From NCBI GenBank assembly GCA_964016885.1, contig OZ024762.1, positions 27,652,001 through 27,716,000 of the forward strand: a stretch of 64,000 nucleotides of DNA, given 5' to 3'. The notes below the pieces were generated by a model that did not search any database, had not been told where the DNA came from, and saw only the letters and a program-made list of their open reading frames with translations. Below are positions 55,620 through 64,000 of the stretch, one piece after another. The DNA comes from Eledone cirrhosa. Lineage: Eukaryota. Position 1 is the stretch's first letter, and every line of letters begins with the position of its first letter. Position numbers and translations under genes: made by a program.

Positions 55620-55830
55620 CAATGATATTACATAAATGTAAACTATATTTGTAAAACCATATTTATTCTATTATATATATTTCAAAGGTATCAAAACTTT
55701 GGTACGCTTTCATCAGATAAAATACAAAGTTTGTTATATAAATATTGACATATCCAGGAAGAAGATCTTAACGGTTCAAGTTTTTCCTGAATATATATTT
55801 GTTGAATTACCAACAAATTAAATATCTCCG
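55620..55830 (-). mobile_element. Solo pLTR with hammerhead (55665-55724)
   Basis: Same family as 24699 and 58224: CTGATGA-aagcgtaccaaagttttgataccttt-GAAATATATATA. Confidence 0.7.
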
Positions 55831-55987
55831 AATTCATTAGACGTGTCCGTCGAACCTGCGGGTCCAGAGTCAGACAGATCCACACAATGATCGCGTCTCG
55901 AGCTCTCCGCCGGCTAAAAAATTGTAACACACAATAAATTGAGTTCAGATACATCACTGATTTTTCGTTTTCTATTCTCTCTCTCTT

Positions 55988-56105
<118 letters not shown>

Positions 56106-56233
56106 GGCAGACCGAGCGAGTGAGATAAAGGCAAAGAGACAGATCAAACGAGTGAGAGAGATAGACAGACAGATAGACAGACCGAGCGAGCGAGAGAAAG
56201 AAAAAGAGAGAGAGACAGACAGAGCGAGAGAGA

Positions 56234-56295
<62 letters not shown>

Positions 56296-56854
56296 CAGAC
56301 AGAGAGGGAGAGCGGGACAGAGAGAGCGGAGCAGACTGACCGAGTGAGAGTGAGAGACAGACAGAGCAAGACAGACAGACAGAGTGAGAGAGAGAAAGGC
56401 AGACAGACTGATCGAGTGATAGAGAGACAGAGACAGACAGACTAAGAGAGTGTGACAGAAAAAGAGACAGACAAACCAAGCGAGAGAAAGAGTGACAGCT
56501 GTAGTTACTCATACTAATTACTATATAAATGTAATCCTAGATATATTATATGTAAATAAACTACGGTACGGTCATATTTGGAGCGACTGTTTAAAAGGTC
56601 CGTTCTGGCTAAAACAACAACGTAACTAAAATTATTGAATAAATTATTAGGGTTTTGTTTCAAGGGAGAATACTCTGTATGATAGGGGATTTTTCTTCTT
56701 TTAGAATTATCTCCCTTGTAGTATTAACACCATTTTTTACGTTGGTCAACAGTTTTCCATGACAAGGAAAGGTACCGTCGTTTTTCTTTTTGTTATTGTC
56801 GGTGATGGTGGTTATTTCATTTTGGTTGTTGTTGTTATTATTACTATAGTTGTT

Positions 56855-57285
56855 TTTATTTAGCCCTAGGTCATACCTGATGGAGCAGACCTATCACTAA
56901 CATCTCTCCAGCTATGATCAATTTATCTAGGATGATATTATCCAATAATCCCTTCCTTTTTTATTAATAAAAAAAGTGATAATGTTCTCTGCTAGGAATT
57001 TGGTTGCTATTTCTAATAGGACAAAAACCCACGTAGAGGCATCATCTTAGGTACATTTAATTTAATATAAGTTTGGCTGCTATTTTTAACTTGAGTAGAA
57101 ACCACATAGTGGTGACATTGTTGCTTCGTCTGTTTTGATGGATATTTGGGCTGCTATTTTTAGCAGGTCTAGGAACAATTTAGAAACCACCCTTGCAAGT
57201 TGACGAGATTTTGAAGAGATTTTGGCTGCTATTTCTAGTAGGTTGAATGTGCGCAACACGGCTCCGTCGTTTACTTAAGACAGTT
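56855..57285. repeat. Degenerate SINE-like repeat with tandem ggctgctatttctagcaggt subunits
   Basis: Subunits are the reverse complement of the 33746-34300 unit. The start resembles 42665-42710 and the 51-bp minisatellite core. Confidence 0.5.
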
Positions 57286-58049
57286 ACTCCCCCTTGTTAC
57301 CTTCTTTAGTATTGCTATCCAACTCCACCGTTTCGTATTTGAAAAGGTATTTACTATTTTAATATCAAAACTTTTTCACTTTTTGTTTATATTTTAATGG
57401 ATAGAAGACATTTTCAATTTTCGTTTAAGTATATTATACTTTATTTTACCTGTGTATGTATATATATATATATTTATTTATATGTAGTCAGCTGTTGATA
57501 CGTGTAATTTATTAAATAACCCGGCTTCGCGTGATATTTTTTTCTTCAAAATTTATATTTTAAAAGATTACGAGGTAGCTTTGTTGTTGGTCATTTCTTC
57601 CAGTTAGACGTAACTGAGAAATATACTTTAGATAGCATTCATGTCGTCTTAAATAACAGGTTTAAAGAAAAATAACTGTTCGATAATGTAATCAAACATA
57701 CACGCCGTTACTCCATTTTGGCGCTACGTTTAAAAGTTTCGTTTTTCACCAAAATAATTCAACTTTTTACATATTCCATTCCGCTTGAAACACATAATAC
57801 AAGTAAATATTTATGTATCCGTCTCTCCAGATGGAGTTTCAAGAGTGGAATCGTTCGTTATATACAGCATATCTTGGGTGTTTTAAACTCTAGCGTAGCC
57901 CACCCTCTACTGTTCTCAACATAGACCAAATTTCTTCCAGAAAAGCAGAAAAAGAAAAAATAAGGAGAGCCGACCGGCTCGATGGCTGAAAGTTCTTACC
58001 CGTATTACACCATATACTTTACACATAAACATATAACTTTAACACACAC

Positions 58050-58096
<47 letters not shown>

Positions 58097-58099
<3 letters not shown>

Positions 58100-58350
58100 C
58101 AAAAGGTATATTTAATTTGTTGGTAATTCAACAAATATAAATTCAAAGCACTCGGCAAGTTTTCTGGAGTATAATATTCAATAATATTAAATAAATGGAA
58201 ACTATAGTTATAAAATCATATTTATTCTATTATATATATTTCAAGGGTACCAAAACTTTGGTACGCTCTCATCAGATAAAATACAAAGTTTGTTTTATAA
58301 ATATAGACATACCCAGGAATAAGATTTTAACGGTTCAAGTTATTCCTGGA
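58097..58350 (-). mobile_element. Solo pLTR with hammerhead (58224-58283) and tail
   Basis: CTGATGA-gagcgtaccaaagttttggtaccctt-GAAATATATATA-atagaat. Tail actccagaaaacttgccgagtgc. Confidence 0.78.
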
Positions 58351-58655
58351 TAGTAAAAGGAAAGAAGGGAAAGAGAGGAAAAGTCAAATGTTTCAAATTA
58401 TTAAGATGAATATGCAAATGAGGTTGAGGTATGGGGCTGAAAAAAACGTTATTTTTAGACGCTAGGTAGATTTAAATAATTATTAGGATACATATATGTA
58501 TGTATAGGAAGAAGAAAGAGTAAGAAAGATCTTGTATTTACATTAATTCAAAAAGGATTAACAGTTTGTAGGAATGGTGGAATATGATTGCAGAATTTAA
58601 AAAAATTAATATATGATTACAGAATTTAATAAAATATATATATATATAATATATA

Positions 58656-61543
58656 GAGTGTCTGTTGTAAACACTAAATCCCTCCCCCATGAAGAATGCA
58701 CCTCCCAACATAGATTCATAGTCAGCGACTAGACATAATCGACAACAGAGGAGGACTATCCTCAGGAGAAAAATATGGAAGCTAAAGGACCCCACAACAA
58801 GTAACAAATTTAAAAGCATATTACTTGATGCTTTCGACAGTAAGGAAGAGCAATTAGAGTCGTACAATATAGAGGAACAGTGGGATTTCCTGAAAGCAAA
58901 CCTGCTGATGGCGGCAGATGAAGTCTGTGGCTGGAGCAGGCCAATAGGCAAGAGGAGAGTAACGTGGTGGTGGAACAGTAAGGTGGAGGAGTCAATTAAG
59001 GCCAAAAAGCAGGCTTGGAAAGTATGGCGGGATGGGGGAAGTAGAGAAGACTATCAAGTGGCCAGGAGAGAAGCTAGGAGACAAGTGTACTTCGCAAGAA
59101 GGGAAGCAGAGGAAAGAAAGTTCAAGCATGTTCTACAACGCGAGGACCAAAAACGTGAGGTGTTCAGGATTGCTAGGCAATGTGTCAAGGAAAACCGTGA
59201 TATTGTCGGGGAGAAGTGTGTCCTTAATGATGATGGTGTACTTGCCATCACTGACGCTGATAAGAAGGTAGCTTGGAAGTGTCACTATGAAAGGCTACTA
59301 AATGAGGAGAATAAATGGGAGAAAGACAGTCTACCCCACATCGATCCAATAGAGGGACCAGCAGTGCTAGTTGAAGGTAGTATAATAAGTAAGGCAATCA
59401 AAGATATGAAGACGGGTAAGGCGGCTGGCCCTTTGGAAATAGTTACTGAAATGCTGAAAGCTTATGGAACGGTGGGACACAATATGGTCACCCAGATAGT
59501 AAACAAAGTCATACAGAATGGGGTTGTTCCGAAGGACTGGCGTAGCAGCATCATCATTAACTGCTACAAGGGTAAAGGAGATGTCTTAGATAGGGGTAAC
59601 TATAGAGGCATTAAATTAATTGACCAGGTCATGAAGGTCACAGAAAAAGTAATAGCGCAACTAATCAGAGAGCGAATTGATCTAGATGAAATGCAGTTCG
59701 GGTTTGTGTCAGGTAAAAGTACCACAGACGCTCTTTTCATTGTACGACAACTACAGGAGAAATACCTAGCTAAAAGTAAACCCCTATACTTAGCTTTTGT
59801 CGACTTGGAGAAAGCCTTTGACAGAGTCCCCCGTTCCATTATCTGGTGGGCTCTTAGAAAACTAGGTGTTGATGAATGGCTTGTGAGAGCTATACAAGCC
59901 ATGTATAAAGAAACAGTCAGCAAGGTTAGAATTAACAACGAATATAGTGAAGAGTTTAGCGTAAAAGTTGGTGTTCATCAGGCCTCCGTTCTTAGCCCCC
60001 TACTATTTATTATTGCCCTTCAGGCTATAACAGAGGAGTTCAAGACCGGCTGCCCATGGGAACTCCTATACGCAGATGATCTAACGCTCATAGCTGAATC
60101 AATGGCTGAACTAGAGAAGAAATTCCAAACATGGAAGCATGGCCTAGAATCAAAAGACCTTAAAATTAACCTGTCTAAGACTAAAGTTCTAGTTTGTAGG
60201 AAGGAAAATAGGGCACCGGATCCATCTGGGAAATGGCCATGCTCAGTGTGTAGGAAAGGAGTAGGCAGAAACTCCATTTTATGTCCCAATTGCAAAGTAT
60301 GGGTGCATAAAAGATGTAGTGGGATCACAGGTAAGCTAACTAAGAATATAGATTTTACATGTGGCCGGTGCTCTGGTGCAATATGTAGCAGCAAGTGCCC
60401 ACAGAATACTAGCTCATTCCATTGCACAGATGGTTCTATAGAAATAGTGGACACCTTCCATTACGTGGGTGACAAAATCAGCAGTGGTGGAGGGTGCTCT
60501 GAAAGTACAGTAGCTAGAGTCAGAACTGGATGGAAAAAGTTCAGAGAGCTTATACCACTATTGGCCGCTAAAGGGTTCTCTCTAAAAATGAAAGGCAGGC
60601 TGTATGATGCCTGCATACGAACAGCAATGTTACATGGCAGTGAGACCTGGGCATTGTGTGCAGAGGATATACGCAGACTGGAGAGGAACGAAGCTTGCAT
60701 GCTCCGCTGGATGTGTAATAGTAATATACGTGAACGGCAAAGCATAAACGAACTAAGGGAAAAATTAGAAATAAGAGGGATCAGATGTTGTTTACTCGAG
60801 AGAAGACTACGTTGGTACGGTCACGTGATGCGCATGAAAGACGACAGCTGTATAAAAAAGTACGGGGCAATAAAAATAGACGGTAGCCACGGAGTAAGCA
60901 GACCCAGAAAAACCTGGGACGATCTGATAAATTCCGACCTCACACACTTACACCTCTCCAAGACAATGTCACTGGACCGAGATCTTTGGCGCTACACAGT
61001 AATACAGAAGACGCGCCTTACCTAAGTATAAAGAGAAACCTACTACAGTCATTAGGCACCTCTAACAAAATACACCCCGTCCCACTACCCCCACCCCATC
61101 CACCCCCACATCCCTAAATATGAAGTTATGTTGGTACCACAACATCCAGTCCGAAACAAATGAGGTCGTGTAGGTGTCACGACAAAAAAACACAAAGTAC
61201 ACGCTGTAATGTGGCCATGTAGGTAACACGGTAAAAACCTCCCAGTCCACACTATAAACGTGGTTGGTTTTGGGAAGGGCACCCAGCCGTAGAAAACCCG
61301 CCAGATGTGTAAGTGTCATGACAAAAAAACACACAGTCCACGCTGTAATGTGGCCATGTAGGTAACACGGTAAAAACCTCCCAGTCCACACTGTAAACAT
61401 GGTTGGTGTTAGGAAGGGCATCCAGCCGTAGAAAACCCGCCAGACAGACCTATACAAGGAGGACAACCAATCTTGCCTCAAGTGGGAAAACTCCCGTCCA
61501 AACTCATCATCAGCATCATCGTTAAACGATGATGATGATGATG
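58656..61543 (+). mobile_element. 5'-truncated RTE-clade LINE lacking most of APE; 3' UTR partly duplicated; (GAT)n tail
   Basis: Highly similar to 50060-52462. 61165-61305 is duplicated at 61307-61445. Confidence 0.93.
58908..61025 (+). CDS. RTE reverse transcriptase ORF fragment (705 aa, uninterrupted) with PHD-like C4HC3 finger
   Basis: NYRGIKL, QFGF, FVDLEKAFDRVP, VGVHQASVLSPLLF, LYADDL, then CSVC...CPNC...WVHKRC...CGRC, then RRLRWYGHV. Confidence 0.9.
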   Translation: MAADEVCGWSRPIGKRRVTWWWNSKVEESIKAKKQAWKVWRDGGSREDYQVARREARRQVYFARREAEERKFKHVLQREDQKREVFRIARQCVKENRDIVGEKCVLNDDGVLAITDADKKVAWKCHYERLLNEENKWEKDSLPHIDPIEGPAVLVEGSIISKAIKDMKTGKAAGPLEIVTEMLKAYGTVGHNMVTQIVNKVIQNGVVPKDWRSSIIINCYKGKGDVLDRGNYRGIKLIDQVMKVTEKVIAQLIRERIDLDEMQFGFVSGKSTTDALFIVRQLQEKYLAKSKPLYLAFVDLEKAFDRVPRSIIWWALRKLGVDEWLVRAIQAMYKETVSKVRINNEYSEEFSVKVGVHQASVLSPLLFIIALQAITEEFKTGCPWELLYADDLTLIAESMAELEKKFQTWKHGLESKDLKINLSKTKVLVCRKENRAPDPSGKWPCSVCRKGVGRNSILCPNCKVWVHKRCSGITGKLTKNIDFTCGRCSGAICSSKCPQNTSSFHCTDGSIEIVDTFHYVGDKISSGGGCSESTVARVRTGWKKFRELIPLLAAKGFSLKMKGRLYDACIRTAMLHGSETWALCAEDIRRLERNEACMLRWMCNSNIRERQSINELREKLEIRGIRCCLLERRLRWYGHVMRMKDDSCIKKYGAIKIDGSHGVSRPRKTWDDLINSDLTHLHLSKTMSLDRDLWRYTVIQKTRLT

Positions 61544-61551
61544 AATATATT

Positions 61552-61629
<78 letters not shown>

Positions 61630-61668
61630 AACTGTGTTGAAAATTTCAAACTTGACTGTCACCACACA

Positions 61669-61707
61669 TGAACCTGAAGATTGCGAAAGCATGAAGGTAC
61701 TTGTTCA
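61669..61707 (+). ncRNA. Variant minimal hammerhead (GAAG instead of GAAA)
   Basis: tgaac-CTGAAGA-ttgcgaaagcat-GAAGGTACTT-gttca. Confidence 0.55.
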
Positions 61708-61845
61708 ATTAACACTTAACATTTAATATTCTATCATACTATTTCATTATAATACCATTATAAATTTTAAAGGATTGTAAATAAAACGAGTAAATCAGAC
61801 AAAGTTGGAATTCCTCTTATTAATATATATATATACTGTATATAT

Positions 61846-63400
61846 TCATCATCATCATCATCATCGTTTAACGTCCATCTTCCACACTTGCATGGGTTTG
61901 GACGGGAATTTTCCCACTTGAAGCAAGATTGTTTGTCCTGATCATATAGGACTGTCTGGCGGGTTTTCTACGGCTGGATACCCTTCCTAACACCAACCAC
62001 GTTTACAGTGTGGACTGGGAGGTTTTTCCCATGTTACCTACACAGCCACATTACAGCGTGGATTGTGTTTTTTTGTCGTGACACCTACACGACCTCATTT
62101 ATTTCGGACTGGATGTTGTGGTACCAACATAACTTTACATCGAAAGGGGTGGTGTGGATGGAGGGGTATATTTTTGTTAAGAGGTGCCTACTGACTGTAG
62201 GTTTCTCTTTGTACTTAGACCAGGTGGGACTTCTGTATTACTGTGTAGCGCCAAAGATCTCGGTCCAGTGACATTGTCTTGGAGAGGTGTAAGTGTGTGA
62301 GGTCGGAATTTATCAAGTCGTCCCAGGTTTTTCTGGGTCTGCCTACTCCGTGGCTACCATCTATTTTTATCGCCCTGCACTTATTTATACAGCTGTCGTC
62401 TTACATGCGCATCACGTGACCATACCAACATAGTCTTCTCTCGAGTAAACAACATCTGATCCCTCTTATTCCTAATTTCTCACTTAGTTCATTTATGCTT
62501 TGCCGTTCACGTATATTACTATTACACATCCAACAGAACATGCAAGCTTCGTTCCTTTCCAGTCTGCATATATCCTCTGCACACAATGCCCAAGTCTCAC
62601 TGCCATGTAACATTGCTGTTCGTATGCAGGCATCATACAGCCTGCCTTTCATTTTTAGAGAGAACCCTTTAGCGGCCAATAGTGGTATAAGCTCTCTGAA
62701 CTTTTTTCATCCCGTTCTGACTCTAGCTACTGTACTTTCAGAGCACCCTCCACCACTGCTGATTTTGTCACCCAGGTAACGGAAGGTGTCCACTATTTCT
62801 ATAGAACCATCTGTGCAATGGAATGAGCTAGTATTCTGTGGGCACTTGCTGCTACTTATTGCACCTGAGCACCGGCCACATATAAAATCTATATTCTTAG
62901 TTAGCCTACCTGTGATCCCACTACATCTTTTATGTACCCATACTTTGCATTTGGGACATAAAATGGAGTTTCTGCCTTCTCCTTACCTACACACTGAGCA
63001 TGGCCATTTCCCAGATGGGACCAGTGCCTTATTTTCCTTCCTACAAACTAGAACTTTAGTCTTTGACAGGTTAATTTTAAGGCCTTTTGATTCTAGGCCA
63101 TGCTTCCATGTTTGGAATTTCTTCTCTAGTTCAGCTATGAGCGTTAGATCATCTGCATATAGGAGTTCCCATGGGCAGCCGGTCTTGAACTCCTCTGTTA
63201 TAGCCTGAAGGGCAATAATAAATAGTAGGGGGCTAAGGACAGAGCCCTGATGAACACCAACTTTTCCGCTAAACTCTTCACTATATTCGTTGTTAATTCT
63301 AACCTTGCAGACTGTTTCTTTATACATGGCTTGTATAGCTCTCACAAGCCATTCATCAACACCTAGTTTTCTAAGAGCCCACCAGATAATGGAACGGGTT
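61846..63400 (-). mobile_element. 5'-truncated degenerate RTE copy, tail-to-tail with 58656-61543
   Basis: ORFs 62983-63408 and 62401-62679 match the RTE RT and C-terminus. (CAT)n at 61846-61865. Confidence 0.92.
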
Positions 63401-64000
63401 CTCTTCACTGCGTAGAAGTTTGGCTTTTAGCAGATTCTTTACCACGTGCGAGTTTGGCTTACTTAATACATGACAAAACTCAATATTTATATACCTTAAT
63501 ATTGAAAACATGAAAAAAACTACATATAATACATATAATAGAGAGGGTGCGTGTGAGAAAGCTTAAAAATTACATGGCAGCAATATAACTGTTAAATATT
63601 CAAATAATTTAAATTACTGAAGGAAGAGGAAAGAAAAGAAAGGCATAGAGGAAGAAACAGATGAGGGGATAATATAGATAGTAGGAGCCTAGAAAACAAA
63701 GGAGAGTTAATTACAGAGAGAGATAAAGAGGAATAGCTTATATATTGTAATAATATAGGGAGATATTAAATTAGAACAACATTTGTGCTTAGCTTTAGGA
63801 AAAAGGAAAAAATTCAATTCATTGAATTATTGAAATATCTAAAAATATTCATCAATCGGAATTTTAATTTTAAATATAATTGGGTGTATTCATATGAAGG
63901 TTAATACCAAGTCTTTAGACAATTATCTATATATACAATATATATCCAAACATATCTGGTTGACCGTTAACATACAAATCATTTAATTTAAGTTAGTTCA

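Overview
AT-rich eukaryotic (metazoan) repeat-dominated DNA with no confidently identifiable host gene. The SINE-like sequences, LINE families and extreme (TA)n/(CA)n/(GA)n/(ATT)n content suggest a cephalopod such as Octopus (inference). Most ORFs in the track are microsatellite translations. Real content: a degenerate CR1-like LINE, a cluster of R4/Dong LINEs at (ATT)n tracts, three RTE LINEs with a PHD-like C4HC3 finger just after the RT core, six Penelope-like element (PLE) remnants of at least three RT/GIY-YIG types, four non-autonomous Helitron-like elements, SINE fragments and minisatellites. The most striking pattern is about a dozen asymmetric fold-back (inverted pLTR) insertions from several apparently unrelated PLE families, each embedded in (TA)n. 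Many carry minimal hammerhead ribozymes (about 17 recognisable cores). In each, one arm stops at an internal TA-rich microhomology and the other continues into a 35-150 nt tail. Most tails share a TTGAG(T/C)(A/G/T)C motif roughly 35-80 nt before the terminal (TA)n. All calls were made by eye and boundaries are approximate.
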